From Desulfomicrobium sp. (GTDB lineage Bacteria; Desulfobacterota; Desulfovibrionia; Desulfovibrionales; Desulfomicrobiaceae): a stretch of DNA of 64,000 bases. Position numbers and translations under genes: made by a program. The notes under the pieces are model-generated. The model did no database searches and had not been told where the DNA came from. It saw only the letters and a list, made by a program, of their open reading frames with translations. The stretch spans positions 352,001-416,000 of the forward strand of contig JAXGMI010000002.1 of NCBI GenBank assembly GCA_040768745.1, given 5' to 3'. Shown one piece after another: positions 20,798 through 31,790 of this stretch. Within the stretch, counting starts at the first letter, position 1; each line of letters starts with the position of its first letter.

Positions 20798-21319
20798 ATG
20801 CTCGACATCTTGCGCCAACGCCGCAGTACCCGCCAGTATACCTCGCAGGGGTTGACCCCGGATATCCTGAACCAGCTCAAGGAGGCTGTGCTGCGTTCTC
20901 CCTCGTCCCGGGGCCAGAACCCCTGGGAATTCATCTTTGTCACGGACAGGAATCTGCTGGCCGAACTCTCCTCGGTCAAACCCCACGGCGCCCATTTCCT
21001 CCGGGACGCGGCCCTCGGGGTGGTGGTTCTCGGGGATGAACGTCTCGCCGACACCTGGATCGAAGACTGCGCCATTGCCGCCATCATTCTGCAACTGGCC
21101 TGCGAGAGTCTGAACCTCGGGAGCTGCTGGGTGCAGATCCGTCTGCGTCACTGCGACGCATCCACCACAGCCGAGGCCAGGGTCAGACAGATCCTCGGCA
21201 TCCCCGCTGAGTTGCGTGTGGAGTCCATCATCAGCATCGGCCACCCGGCCACCAGGGGAACCCCCCACCCACGCGAAAGCCTCCAGGACCAAAAGATCAA
21301 GGCCAACACCTACGCATGA
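20798..21319 (+). CDS. Nitroreductase family protein
   Basis: RRSTRQY, SPSSRGQNPWEF, LGSCWVQIR. Confidence 0.88.
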   Translation: MLDILRQRRSTRQYTSQGLTPDILNQLKEAVLRSPSSRGQNPWEFIFVTDRNLLAELSSVKPHGAHFLRDAALGVVVLGDERLADTWIEDCAIAAIILQLACESLNLGSCWVQIRLRHCDASTTAEARVRQILGIPAELRVESIISIGHPATRGTPHPRESLQDQKIKANTYA

Positions 21320-21891
21320 CCGCCACCACCGGCCCCATCCGCCACGACCGCTACCGCTACTGCCCGGCCTGCGGCAAAACCCTGGAAACCCGCCGCCTCC
21401 GGCCCCAGGAGCCTGAGCGGCTGGTCTGTTCGGGCTGCACGGGAGTGGTCTATCTGGACCCCAGGGTTGTGGCCTGCGTGGTTCTGGAAATCCGGGGAAA
21501 AATTCTGCTCATGCGCCGCAGACGCCCGGACGATACGGAAATCTGGCTGCTTCCCGGCGGCTATGTGGACGAGGGTGAGCAGGTCGAGCATGCCGCCGTC
21601 CGGGAGATCTGGGAGGAGGTCCGCCTCAGGATCAACCTGGACGGCCTTGTAGGTGTTTTTTCCTATTGCGGATGGCCTCCGGTTATCATCGTCTACAGCG
21701 CCAGACTCGATTCGGGAGATCCCCAGGCCGGGGAGGAAACCGAGGATCTCGACCTTTTCGAGCCCGCCCACATCCCCTGGGACAAACTGGCCTTCCCCAG
21801 CACCCGCGATGCCCTCAAGTCCTATCTTCAGGGCCGGACTTGCCAACCCCGGCCCCTGACCGTATGCATGCCCGCTGGATTGTTCCCCTGA
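21316..21891 (+). CDS. NUDIX hydrolase with N-terminal zinc ribbon
   Basis: CPACG..CSGC; Nudix box [22 protein letters not shown]. Confidence 0.88.
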   Translation: MTATTGPIRHDRYRYCPACGKTLETRRLRPQEPERLVCSGCTGVVYLDPRVVACVVLEIRGKILLMRRRRPDDTEIWLLPGGYVDEGEQVEHAAVREIWEEVRLRINLDGLVGVFSYCGWPPVIIVYSARLDSGDPQAGEETEDLDLFEPAHIPWDKLAFPSTRDALKSYLQGRTCQPRPLTVCMPAGLFP

Positions 21892-21911
21892 CCAGATTCC
21901 CAAGGACAGTT

Positions 21912-23591
21912 ATGGATACGCCCACACCATCGAATTTCCTTCGCGCCATCATCGAAGAGGATCTCAGGAACGGAAAAAACGAAGGCCGGGTCTGCACCCG
22001 CTTCCCGCCTGAACCCAACGGATTCCTGCATATCGGCCATGCCAAATCCATCTGTATCAATTTCGGGCTGGCCCGGGATTATGGTGGACGCTGCCACCTG
22101 CGCTTCGATGACACCAATCCCGGCAAGGAGGACCCTGTCTACGTGACCTCCATCAAGGAGGATGTCCGCTGGCTCGGTTTCGACTGGGGAGAGCACCTTT
22201 ACCACGCTTCGGACTATTTCGAACAACTCTACCAGTTTGCAGTGGATCTCATCAGACAGGGCAAGGCCTACGTCTGTTCACTCTCGGCGGAGGAGGTCAG
22301 GCGGTATCGTGGCTCCCTGACCGAGCCCGGCACGAACAGCCCCTGCCGGGACCGTTCGGTGGAGGAGAACCTGGACCTCTTCAGCCGCATGCGGGCCGGA
22401 GAATTTCCCGAAGGCGCGCACATCCTGCGGGCCAAGATCGACATGGCCTCGCCCAACATGAACATGCGCGATCCGGCCCTGTACCGCATCCTGCACCAGG
22501 AACACCAGAATACCGGCAAGGTGTGGTGCATCTACCCCATGTATGATTTTGCCCATGGCCTTTCAGATGCCCTGGAACGCATCACCCACTCCATCTGCAC
22601 CCTGGAGTTCGCCGATCACAAGCCTCTGTACGACTGGATCCTTGACCAGCTGAATGTCCCGGCCCGGCCTCGGCAGTATGAGTTCAATCGCCTGAATATC
22701 AACTACACGGTCACCAGCAAGAGGAAATTGAAACTTCTGGTTGATGAAAACATTGTCGCGAGCTGGAACGATCCCCGCATGCCGACCATTTCAGGCCTCC
22801 GGAGGCGAGGGTTTCCGCCGGCAGCCCTGCGGGACTTCTGCGAACGCGTCGGGGTCAGCCGCTCGGACAGCTGCGTGGACATGAGCCTGCTGGAAAATTG
22901 CGTGCGCGAAAACCTGGATGCCACCGCGCCGCGGGCCATGGCCGTGCTCAGGCCCCTGCGGCTCATCATCCAGAATTACCCTGAAGGCGGGGAGGAGTTT
23001 TTCGATCTTCCCAATCATCCCAAGGATCCGGACATGGGCAGCCGCAAGGTGGGGTTTTCGCGCGAAATCTTCATCGAAGCCGACGACTTCACGGAGACCC
23101 CCCCACCCAAATACTTCCGCCTCTCCCCTGGACGGGAGGTGCGTCTGCGCGGGGCGTATCTCGTCACATGCACGGACGTGATCAAGGGACCCGACGGCAA
23201 GATCGAGGCCGTGCTCTGCACCTACGACCGGGCCACCCGTGGAGGCGACGCTCCTGACGGGCGCAAGGTCAAGGGAACCCTGCACTGGGTCAGCGCAGCG
23301 CATGCTGTACCAGCAGAGGTCCGGCTCTACGAGCGGCTTTTCAACGCGGAATTTCCGGGCAGGGACGGGGACTTCCTGTCCCAGATCAATCCGGAGTCCC
23401 TGGAAACCCTGACTGGCTGCCAGGTCGAGGCATCCCTGGCCCAGGCAGCCCCAGAGGACCGCTTCCAGTTCGAACGCCTGGGCTATTTTTGTGCCGACAG
23501 GTTCGATCACGCCGCACACAGGCTGGTTTTCAACCGCACGGTGACCCTGCGCGATTCCTGGTCCCGGGCGGTGCAGGAGAAATCCGCATGA
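21912..23591 (+). CDS. glnS: Glutamine--tRNA ligase
   Basis: [38 protein letters not shown]. Confidence 0.95.
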   Translation: MDTPTPSNFLRAIIEEDLRNGKNEGRVCTRFPPEPNGFLHIGHAKSICINFGLARDYGGRCHLRFDDTNPGKEDPVYVTSIKEDVRWLGFDWGEHLYHASDYFEQLYQFAVDLIRQGKAYVCSLSAEEVRRYRGSLTEPGTNSPCRDRSVEENLDLFSRMRAGEFPEGAHILRAKIDMASPNMNMRDPALYRILHQEHQNTGKVWCIYPMYDFAHGLSDALERITHSICTLEFADHKPLYDWILDQLNVPARPRQYEFNRLNINYTVTSKRKLKLLVDENIVASWNDPRMPTISGLRRRGFPPAALRDFCERVGVSRSDSCVDMSLLENCVRENLDATAPRAMAVLRPLRLIIQNYPEGGEEFFDLPNHPKDPDMGSRKVGFSREIFIEADDFTETPPPKYFRLSPGREVRLRGAYLVTCTDVIKGPDGKIEAVLCTYDRATRGGDAPDGRKVKGTLHWVSAAHAVPAEVRLYERLFNAEFPGRDGDFLSQINPESLETLTGCQVEASLAQAAPEDRFQFERLGYFCADRFDHAAHRLVFNRTVTLRDSWSRAVQEKSA

Positions 23592-23653
23592 CATGCACCG
23601 ACGGCCCGTGAACACAGGCCGTCCCCTTTGTGCGGCAAGCTCCAGGGGTTCAT

Positions 23654-24394
23654 GTGATCATCTATCAATATCCCCAGCTGTCCCCACCCATGTCTTGCCC
23701 GTATCTTTCCGGCCGGCTCCTGGTGTACGAGCATTTCCTGGCAGACTGCCTGGACGGGCGCGAACTTGCCTGGTTCCTGTCCCGGGGGTGGCGTAAGTTC
23801 GGCCATTATTTTTTTCGCCCTGCCTGCCCGGACTGCAGGGCCTGCATCCCGCTGCGGATTGCGGTGGACCGGTTTCGTCCCAGCCGGAGCCAGCGGCGAG
23901 CGGCCCAGAAATGTAGGGACATCGAGACCCGCTTCGGCCCTCTCCGTTACGATGAGGACGTTTTTTCCTTGTATGCCGCGCACTCCAGCACCCGCTTCGG
24001 AAAGTCCGCCGATTTTGAGGAATTTGCGGCCAACCTGCACTCCCCTTCCTGCCCGACGCTCATGTCCAGATACGAACTGGGAGAACGTCTTCTCGGTGCA
24101 GGCTACCTGGATCAAAGCATAGACGCCCTCAGTTCTGTCTATTTCGTTTTTGACCCTGCATTTTCAGCCCTCAGCCTCGGGGTGTTCAGTGTGCTGCGCG
24201 AGGTGGAGGAAGCGCGGCGATATGGGTTGTCCTACTATTATCTGGGCTACCTGGTCCGGGAATGCCCGCGCATGACCTACAAGGCCCGCTTCGCTCCGCA
24301 TCAGCTCTATTCCTGGGCCGACCGCAGGTGGCGCGAGCCTGGCCACGCGGACCAGTCGCCCTATCCGGGCACGATTCACCTCTTTTCGGGGTAG
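23654..24394 (+). CDS. Aminoacyl-tRNA--protein transferase (ATE/Bpt family)
   Basis: CPYL, GWRKFG..FRPAC..C, SSVYFVFDP, YYLGY..MTYK; GTG start uncertain. Confidence 0.82.
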   Translation: MIIYQYPQLSPPMSCPYLSGRLLVYEHFLADCLDGRELAWFLSRGWRKFGHYFFRPACPDCRACIPLRIAVDRFRPSRSQRRAAQKCRDIETRFGPLRYDEDVFSLYAAHSSTRFGKSADFEEFAANLHSPSCPTLMSRYELGERLLGAGYLDQSIDALSSVYFVFDPAFSALSLGVFSVLREVEEARRYGLSYYYLGYLVRECPRMTYKARFAPHQLYSWADRRWREPGHADQSPYPGTIHLFSG

Positions 24395-24453
24395 ACAGGT
24401 CCGAATTCAGGATTACAAGTTGATCGTACATTGAACCCCACCACGGAGATTCC

Positions 24454-25638
24454 ATGCAAAACAGAACTGTATACTTCGACAACAACGCCACCACGCCTTT
24501 GCATCCGGAGGTGAAAAAAACCCTCCAGGAAGGCCTTGAAATATTCGGCAATCCCTCCAGCATGCACCAGTTCGGCCGCGAAGCCAGGGAGAAGGTGGAG
24601 GATGCACGGGAGAAAGTCGCTTCCTTCCTCGGTGCCCATGCTGAGGAAATTCTTTTTGTCGGCAGCGGCTCCGAGGCCAACAACACGGTCCTGTCCCTGC
24701 TCCACTGCGACAGCACGACATGCGCCTGCTCCCTGAGCGGCCGGCGCGATTTGGTCACCACGGTCATCGAACACCCGTGCGTGCTGAACACGGCCCGCCA
24801 CCTGGGGCGCAAGAACCACGGGGTGCATTATCTGTCCGTGGACAGAGACGGCCGCATCGACCTCGATGACCTGCGCCGCGCCGTGACGGATAAGGTCGGC
24901 ATGGTCTCCGTCATGATGGCCAACAACGAGATCGGCACCGTCCAGGACATCAAGGGGGCAGCCCGCATCGCCCACGAGGCCGGAGCCCTCTTCCATACCG
25001 ACGCGGTGCAGGCCGTTGGCAAGATCCCGGTGGACGTCCGCGACCTGGACGTGGACTTCCTGACCCTCTCGGGCCACAAGATCTACGGGCCCAAGGGAAT
25101 CGGTGCCCTTTACGTGAAGAAGGGCGCGCCCTACTGTCCGCTGATCCTGGGCGGCCATCAGGAATTCGGCCGCCGGGCCGGTACGGAGAATTCCCTGGGC
25201 ATCTTCGGTTTGGGCAAAGCCATCGAGATGCGTGCCCTGGAAATGGCCGACGAAGAGGATCGCATCCTGGGTCTGAAGCAGACGCTCAGGGACGGCATCG
25301 AGCGGGCCATCCCCGATGTGCTGTTCATGGGGCACCCGGTACACTGTCTGCCCGGGACGCTGAATGTGTCCTTTGCAGGCGCCGAGGGCGAGGCCATCCT
25401 CCTCTACCTCGACCTGGCCGGCATTGCCGTGTCCACGGGTTCAGCCTGCGCCTCGGGTTCCCTGGACCCTTCCCACGTCATCATGGCCACAGGCGTGCCC
25501 GTGGAGAACGCCCACGGTTCCATCCGCATCAGCCTGGGCCGGGAAAACACCTTGGATGACGTCACCTACATGTTGGAAAAGCTGCCCCCCATCATCGGCC
25601 GCATCCGCGAAATGTCTACCGCGTACAGGAGAAGATAA
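24454..25638 (+). CDS. nifS: Cysteine desulfurase (NifS/IscS group I)
   Basis: YFDNNATT, SGHKIYGPKG, STGSACASG. Confidence 0.9.
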   Translation: MQNRTVYFDNNATTPLHPEVKKTLQEGLEIFGNPSSMHQFGREAREKVEDAREKVASFLGAHAEEILFVGSGSEANNTVLSLLHCDSTTCACSLSGRRDLVTTVIEHPCVLNTARHLGRKNHGVHYLSVDRDGRIDLDDLRRAVTDKVGMVSVMMANNEIGTVQDIKGAARIAHEAGALFHTDAVQAVGKIPVDVRDLDVDFLTLSGHKIYGPKGIGALYVKKGAPYCPLILGGHQEFGRRAGTENSLGIFGLGKAIEMRALEMADEEDRILGLKQTLRDGIERAIPDVLFMGHPVHCLPGTLNVSFAGAEGEAILLYLDLAGIAVSTGSACASGSLDPSHVIMATGVPVENAHGSIRISLGRENTLDDVTYMLEKLPPIIGRIREMSTAYRRR

Positions 25639-26244
25639 ATGGCTGCAAAATGGACATATTCCGACAAGGTCAAGGACCACTTCATGAATCCCCGCAACAT
25701 CCTGCGCGAGGGCAATGAGGTCGATTTTCACGGTATTGGCAAGACCGGCAATGTCAAATGCGGCGACGAGATGATGGTCTTCATCAAGGTCGATCCGGCC
25801 ACCCAGACCATAGCCGAATGCAAATGGCAGACCTATGGCTGCGCCAGCGCCATCGCCAGTACCTCCATGCTTTCGGAGATGGTCATCGGCATGAAGCTGG
25901 AGGAGGCCTACAAGATATCCGCCAAGGACATCCTGACGGCTCTGGACGGCCTGCCCGACAACAAGGTGCACTGTTCCGTTCTGGGAGACAAGGCCCTCAG
26001 GGCGGCCATTGACGACTATTACCGCAGAAACGGGATGGAAGACCGCATCACCACCCAGGAATCGAAGATTGTCTGCGAGTGCATGCAGGTCACGGACCAC
26101 GATATCGAGCACGCCGTGCTTGAAGGGGCCAGAAGCTTTCACGAACTGCAGGAGATGACCAAGATCGGCACGGGCTGCGGAGAGTGCCAGGAACAGGCCA
26201 TGGCCGTCATGTCTGGGTATATTCAGAAGCACTTCGGTTTGTAG
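25639..26244 (+). CDS. nifU: Fe-S scaffold: IscU domain plus BFD-like [2Fe-2S] domain
   Basis: DHFMNPRN, CGD, GCASAIAS, KVHCS; CECM..GTGCGEC. Confidence 0.85.
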   Translation: MAAKWTYSDKVKDHFMNPRNILREGNEVDFHGIGKTGNVKCGDEMMVFIKVDPATQTIAECKWQTYGCASAIASTSMLSEMVIGMKLEEAYKISAKDILTALDGLPDNKVHCSVLGDKALRAAIDDYYRRNGMEDRITTQESKIVCECMQVTDHDIEHAVLEGARSFHELQEMTKIGTGCGECQEQAMAVMSGYIQKHFGL

Positions 26245-26269
26245 AACTGCGACTTCTCAGGGGGCGGAG

Positions 26270-27187
26270 ATGAAAATTCTGGCGTTTGGCGCAACAGGAT
26301 TCGTGGGAAAACACCTCGTTCCCCACCTCGTCGATGGCGGTCACCAGGTGACAGTGGCAGCCCGTTCGGGAAAGGCGGGTTTCCCGCCTGCCGTGCGGGT
26401 GATCAAAGCCGACCCCATGACTCCTGGCCAATGGCAGGACAGCGTGACCGATTACGACGCGGTCCTGAACCTGGCCGGCACACCCATCAGCACCCGCTGG
26501 ACCGAGGCCGGGAAACAGAGCATCCTGGAGTCCAGGATGTTCAGCACCCGCAATATCGTCGATGCCCTGGAAAAAAGCCCGGGAAAGACATTTTTGTGCG
26601 CCAACGCGGTGGGTTTTTACGGGGACTGCGGAGACAGGTTGTGCGCCGAAGACAGCCACCGGGGAACGGGATTTCTGGCCGAAGTGGCCCAGGCCTGGCA
26701 GGACGAAGCCCTGAGGGCCTCGGAATCCGGCCATCGCGTGGTCATTCCACGGCTGGCGGTGGTTCTTGGCGACGGCGGGGCACTGGGCAAGATGGTCCCA
26801 CCCTTCTCCTTCGGCCTTGGCGGACGGCTCGGATCTGGAAAACAGTGGTTCCCGTGGGTTCATGTCCAGGACGTGGTCCGGATCATGCGCTTTCTGCTCG
26901 AAAGCCCGCAAGCGTCGGGAATCTACAATGCCTGTGCCCCCCATCCGGTGACCAACGCGGAATTCACAAGCGCCCTGGGCCGTGCCCTGCACCGCCCAGC
27001 GGTTCTGCCTGTGCCGGCTTTTGTACTGCGCCTGGCCCTGGGCGAAGCCGCGGACATGCTCCTGGGCGGGCAGCGCTGCCTTCCGCAAAAACTGCAGTCC
27101 CTGGGATTCAGGTTCCAATACCTTGACCTGGATCGGGCCCTGGCACAGATCATTCCCGCGCTCAAAACCTCCAAGCACTCCGACTGA
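26270..27187 (+). CDS. NAD-dependent epimerase, TIGR01777-like
   Basis: GATGFVG, NLAG, GSGKQWFPWVH, LLGGQR. Confidence 0.85.
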   Translation: MKILAFGATGFVGKHLVPHLVDGGHQVTVAARSGKAGFPPAVRVIKADPMTPGQWQDSVTDYDAVLNLAGTPISTRWTEAGKQSILESRMFSTRNIVDALEKSPGKTFLCANAVGFYGDCGDRLCAEDSHRGTGFLAEVAQAWQDEALRASESGHRVVIPRLAVVLGDGGALGKMVPPFSFGLGGRLGSGKQWFPWVHVQDVVRIMRFLLESPQASGIYNACAPHPVTNAEFTSALGRALHRPAVLPVPAFVLRLALGEAADMLLGGQRCLPQKLQSLGFRFQYLDLDRALAQIIPALKTSKHSD

Positions 27188-27297
27188 TCTGCATCCCGGC
27201 GTTGCGCTTCTTGTTTTTTGATTCACCCTGACATAACGGACAGGAAGTGTTCACGCCTGTCCGTTTTTTCAGGACAGCATCCAGTCAAGGAGCAGCC

Positions 27298-28623
27298 ATG
27301 AACCGCGTCCCCATCTTCGATACATCCATACCCGCCCTGGGCCACTGCAAGGTCGACAACCCGCTTCCCTACTGCCACTACGTCGATGATTCGGGCAAGG
27401 TGCCCTTCTACCTCTCCGGCGAACTCATCGAAGATGGCAGTACATCGGGCGGAGTGTGCGAATTCGAGGAGGCTGGACCGCGGCAGAAGATCTATTTCGA
27501 CCCGCCCAAGACCAGATGCGCCATCGTCACCTGCGGTGGGCTCTGCCCAGGCATCAACGACGTGATTCGGGCCATCGTCATGAGCGCCCATCACAACTAC
27601 CATGTGTCGGCCATCGTCGGCATCCGCTACGGTCTGCAGGGGTTCATCCCGAAATTCGGCCACGACGTCATGGACCTGACCCCGGAAAGCGTCTCCAACA
27701 TCCACGAATTCGGGGGGACCATTCTCTCCTCCTCCCGCGGCCCCCAGCCGCCCGAGGAGATTGTGGACGCTCTGGAGCGGATGAATATCGGCATCCTGTT
27801 CATGATTGGCGGTGACGGGACCATGAAGGCGGCCAACTCCGTCACCCAGGAGGTTTTGAAGCGCGGCCGGAAGATCGCCGTGGTCGGCATCCCCAAGACC
27901 ATCGACAACGACATCAATTTCGTGACCCGGTCCTTCGGTTTCGACACGGCCGTGGAGAAGGCCACCGAATCCATTCGGTGCGCCCACGTGGAGGCCCTGG
28001 GCGCCCCCGGGGGCATCGGCATGGTCAAGCTCATGGGCAGGGAGTCGGGATTTATCGCGGCCCAGGCCAGCCTGGCTCTGAAGGAAGTCAACTTTGTCCT
28101 GGTTCCCGAGGCTCCCTTCGAACTGCATGGCCCCGATGGATTTCTGGCCAAGCTCAAGGACCGGTTGGAACAACGTCAACACGCGGTCATTGTGGTGGCA
28201 GAGGGGGCCGGTCAGGACCTGTGCAAGGTGGAAAACCTGCAGGACCAGTCGGGGAATCCCATTCTCGGCGATATCTGCGATGTTCTGCGGTCGGAAATAA
28301 AAAAGTATTTCGACGTCACGGATACCCCGTATACGCTCAAATATATCGACCCGAGCTACATCATTCGTTCCATCCCGGCCAACGCCAACGACCGCATCTA
28401 CTGCGGCTTTCTGGGCCAGCACGCAGTGCATGCGGCCATGGCCGGCAAGACGGGCATGGTTGTCTCCAAACTCCAGGAACGCTACGTGCACCTTCCCTTC
28501 AGCCTGGTGACCGCCAAGCGCCGCAAGCTCAATATCTGTTCCAACTACTGGCGATCGGTCATGGAATCCACAGGACAACCTCAGCTCATGTTCACCTGTT
28601 CGCTGGAAACGGAGCAGAAATGA
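27298..28623 (+). CDS. pfkA: 6-phosphofructokinase
   Basis: TCGGLCPG, GGDGT, PKTIDND, MGRESG. Confidence 0.9.
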   Translation: MNRVPIFDTSIPALGHCKVDNPLPYCHYVDDSGKVPFYLSGELIEDGSTSGGVCEFEEAGPRQKIYFDPPKTRCAIVTCGGLCPGINDVIRAIVMSAHHNYHVSAIVGIRYGLQGFIPKFGHDVMDLTPESVSNIHEFGGTILSSSRGPQPPEEIVDALERMNIGILFMIGGDGTMKAANSVTQEVLKRGRKIAVVGIPKTIDNDINFVTRSFGFDTAVEKATESIRCAHVEALGAPGGIGMVKLMGRESGFIAAQASLALKEVNFVLVPEAPFELHGPDGFLAKLKDRLEQRQHAVIVVAEGAGQDLCKVENLQDQSGNPILGDICDVLRSEIKKYFDVTDTPYTLKYIDPSYIIRSIPANANDRIYCGFLGQHAVHAAMAGKTGMVVSKLQERYVHLPFSLVTAKRRKLNICSNYWRSVMESTGQPQLMFTCSLETEQK

Positions 28624-29696
28624 AGCGCATCCTTGCCCTCGTCGTCATTCTGGGTCTGGCCGGAGGGTACTGGCTCTTCCAGAACCGCGAAAGGTTCTTC
28701 CCCACGCCTGCAGCCCGGGAAGTGGCTCCCCAGCGTTGGCAGGTGGCAACGTCTTCCTCTCCCCCCCCTGTCAACGCCACTGTCCAGATCGCACAGAACG
28801 CCAGCAACGCCACTGCCGAAACAGACCTCAATGCCACGAACGCCAGCGAGGCGCAGACTCCTGTCGGGTCAGACGCCATAGTGACCCATGCCTTTGTGCA
28901 GGATGTGGCAGCCTATCTGGTGGCCAGGTACCTCCCGGCTGGGACCAAACGCAACCCAACGGCCCAGTCCAGGTTTGATCTCAATGTCAAATCCGTGAAC
29001 ATCCGTTACGGGGTGGATTTTCCCGGGCTGAGCGTGGACCCAGCCGACACCCTCGGCGCGCGCAAAAAGATTTTTGAACACGTGTTGCAGGGGCCTGTGA
29101 TCGACTTCCTACACGCAGCCTACACCCCTCTCTTCCTTGACAGTCTGGAAGAGGCCTTGCAGGCCACCACGCACACGCTGTCATCGGGCCAGGCTGCGCC
29201 CATCACAGAGGCCCAGCGCCAGGAGATGCTCTCCTTGTTGTCCGCACGTCTGCAGGGCATCGGGCAGGTCGTTTCGGTGCTGTCCAGTTCCGACGCAGTC
29301 CGCACTCTGGTGGGCAGATATTTGGAAGACATGGACAAGGTCAATCAGGCCCATCTGGATTTCTGGAATCTGCAGACCGAAAAAACCTCCCCGGCAGCCC
29401 TGGACGATGCCAGCGCCAGGATCAAAACCGCCATTCAGAACCGGGAAATCTCCCGCCAGCGCCTGCTGCAGAACATCGTCGCACTGTCCAGCCCCCAGGG
29501 CATGGATGCCTCGGAACTCATCTACCTGGCGCAATGGGTGTACAGAAGGGGGGCCGAAAATCAGAAGCGCCTGGCCATGGTGGGCAAAATCGGCGACCTG
29601 TTGATCCGGACCGCCGGGGCAGTGAAGGAGCGTTCTGGGCAGCCCATGCCGGCAGTGATCGTGGACGCGGGGGGAAACGCCACCGGATCGCAGTGA
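28620..29696 (+). CDS. Membrane-anchored hypothetical protein
   Basis: ATGA overlap with pfk; N-terminal TM; NAT-rich linker. Confidence 0.7.
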   Translation: MKRILALVVILGLAGGYWLFQNRERFFPTPAAREVAPQRWQVATSSSPPPVNATVQIAQNASNATAETDLNATNASEAQTPVGSDAIVTHAFVQDVAAYLVARYLPAGTKRNPTAQSRFDLNVKSVNIRYGVDFPGLSVDPADTLGARKKIFEHVLQGPVIDFLHAAYTPLFLDSLEEALQATTHTLSSGQAAPITEAQRQEMLSLLSARLQGIGQVVSVLSSSDAVRTLVGRYLEDMDKVNQAHLDFWNLQTEKTSPAALDDASARIKTAIQNREISRQRLLQNIVALSSPQGMDASELIYLAQWVYRRGAENQKRLAMVGKIGDLLIRTAGAVKERSGQPMPAVIVDAGGNATGSQ

Positions 29697-29698
29697 CC

Positions 29699-30034
29699 TC
29701 AGTTCAAAAACTTTTTGTCCAGCCAGCACGTCTGGACCACGTCGCCGCCTCCTTCATGGAGGACAAACTCGATGCATCCCCGGCTTCCAAGCCGGGGATC
29801 ACATTTTTCATTGTTCCACAAGGTGAGCCAGCCTGGGCCCCATTCGGAATACGGATAGGGCAGCGTGCCGATCAGATACAGCTCCTCCACTGTCCACCCT
29901 GCTTCCTGCAGGGCCTGGCTGTTGGCCTTGATCCATGCCCGGGAACGGGCATGGGCCTTGACCAGTTCCTTGGACATCAAGGGGTGGTCGAGCATCTGAT
30001 CCGTGGCCTCAAGGTCATCCAGAAAAAGGGACAT
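29699..30034 (-). CDS. Hypothetical protein
   Basis: AGGA RBS; Trp-rich ORF downstream of PilZ gene. Confidence 0.6.
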   Translation of the reverse strand: MSLFLDDLEATDQMLDHPLMSKELVKAHARSRAWIKANSQALQEAGWTVEELYLIGTLPYPYSEWGPGWLTLWNNEKCDPRLGSRGCIEFVLHEGGGDVVQTCWLDKKFLN

Positions 30035-30048
30035 GATTTTTCCTGAGA

Positions 30049-30381
30049 TCACTGCTGGCACATGGAGCGGGTAAACTCCACACCGATCCCGTATCGCGTG
30101 CAGGTCGAGTCCCCAAGATCCCTTGTCCAGCGCACCGTGCCATGAAAACTTCCGTGGCAGCAAACCTCGCACAGACTCGCCTTCTCCGGATGGAGATCGT
30201 GAATCTGGACATAAATGGCGGACCCCGTCCGCAACGGTGTGCTGCACTCCATGCACAGTCCACCCTCGCCCAGGTCCACGAGGCGGGCGTCATAGTAGGC
30301 TTCGCTCCCCATGGGGCTGTATCGCACCGGATTGCTTTGCCGCAACCTCGGGAATCTGCGCCTCTCCTGCTTGCTGATCAT
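30049..30381 (-). CDS. PilZ-domain protein
   Basis: ERRRFPR and DLGEGG c-di-GMP motifs; GIGVEF. Confidence 0.85.
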   Translation of the reverse strand: MISKQERRRFPRLRQSNPVRYSPMGSEAYYDARLVDLGEGGLCMECSTPLRTGSAIYVQIHDLHPEKASLCEVCCHGSFHGTVRWTRDLGDSTCTRYGIGVEFTRSMCQQ

Positions 30382-30662
30382 GGCCGCATCCTCCTCTGTT
30401 GGAAAACCTTTTCCAGTTACTAATGCCTGATTCAGGAAAAGAAAAGCCCGGAAAAAAGACATGCTGGTGTTCTTGTGCGCACGAGCCGCCACGGCACACG
30501 GCAGAGCACATGCGCCGGACGTGCCCTTCGGGGTGGAAGATGGTGTGCGCACAAGCGCAAGGCGGGCGTACCCCGGACCAAGGCCCTTGTCACGGAGGCC
30601 TCCATTTTGTAGCGCCATGAAACCCTTGCCCTCGCGCAACAACCCGATCTTTTGGAGAACGC

Positions 30663-31727
30663 ATGTCCTTGCTCAACACCACCATTGCCGGCATCCGCCC
30701 TCTCGACCCCGCATGTTTCGAGCGGGCCCAGGCCCATCTCGATACCCAGACCAAACCCCGGGGCAGCCTCGGCACCCTGGAAAAAATCGCCTGCCAGCTG
30801 GCGGCCATCGCAGAAGGAAAAGCGCCCGCTGTTGATCCGGTCCGGATCTATACCTGTGCCGGGGATCATGGGGTCGCCTGCCATGGCGTAAGTCATTTCC
30901 CACAGGAGGTGACCCGCCAGATGGTCCAGAATTTCATGGCCGGGGGGGCAGCCATCAATGTCCTGACCCGCACTGCCGGAGTGGACTTGAAGGTGGTGGA
31001 TGCGGGCTGTCTGGGCGGCAGATTTGCTGACCATCCCGCCCTTGTCCAGTGCAAGGTGGGTCCGGGAACCCGGGATTTTACCGCCCAGCCAGCCATGACG
31101 CACGCGGAATGCTGTCAGGCTCTGGAAAACGGCATCGACCTGGCGCATGCAGCCAGAAAGGATGGCATGCGCACCCTCGGCACAGGCGAGATGGGAATCG
31201 CCAACACCACTGCCGCCACCGCCCTGTTTTGCGCCTATCTTGGCCTGCTTCCGCAAGACATCGCCGGCCCGGGCACAGGCCTGTCGTCCAGGGGCGTCCT
31301 GCATAAAATTTCGGTCATCGCGGCGGCCTTGGAGCACCACCGCCAAACCGTGGCGTCGGGAAACCCTTTGGCCATCCTGGCCGCCCTGGGAGGATTCGAA
31401 ATCGCCACCCTGGCCGGCATGCTTCTCGGTGGGGCAAGTCTGAACATGGCCCTGGTGGTCGACGGGTTCATTTCGGCCAGCGCCTTTGTGGCCGCCCGCG
31501 CCATCTGCCCGACAGTCCAGGAATACGCATTCTTTTCCCACGCCTCGGCCGAGCCTGGCTTCGCGGTCGTCATGGACAGGCTCAGCGCCTCCCCCCTTCT
31601 GCACCTGGACATGCGCCTGGGAGAGGGAACCGGGGCCGCCGTAGCCATTTTCATTCTGCGCAGCGCAGCCAACATCTTCAACGAAATGGCAACATTCAGC
31701 GCTGCCGGGGTGCACAGTCCAACATAA
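30663..31727 (+). CDS. cobT: Nicotinate-nucleotide--DMB phosphoribosyltransferase
   Basis: TKPRGSLG, GEMGIANTT, MRLGEGTGA. Confidence 0.95.
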   Translation: MSLLNTTIAGIRPLDPACFERAQAHLDTQTKPRGSLGTLEKIACQLAAIAEGKAPAVDPVRIYTCAGDHGVACHGVSHFPQEVTRQMVQNFMAGGAAINVLTRTAGVDLKVVDAGCLGGRFADHPALVQCKVGPGTRDFTAQPAMTHAECCQALENGIDLAHAARKDGMRTLGTGEMGIANTTAATALFCAYLGLLPQDIAGPGTGLSSRGVLHKISVIAAALEHHRQTVASGNPLAILAALGGFEIATLAGMLLGGASLNMALVVDGFISASAFVAARAICPTVQEYAFFSHASAEPGFAVVMDRLSASPLLHLDMRLGEGTGAAVAIFILRSAANIFNEMATFSAAGVHSPT

Positions 31728-31765
31728 GGAAGGGGCGAGGGGATGAATCCCGCCCGCCCCTTCCT
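31727..31765. terminator. Hairpin between convergent cobT and hemC
   Basis: AGGAAGGGGCG ... CGCCCCTTCCT. Confidence 0.6.
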
Positions 31766-31790
31766 GCTGATTGCGGAACAGCTGTCTTTG

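Noticed and set aside
30382..30662. Cobalamin riboswitch upstream of cobT
   Set aside because: No recognisable B12-box or GCCACTG core seen; an Rfam scan would settle it.
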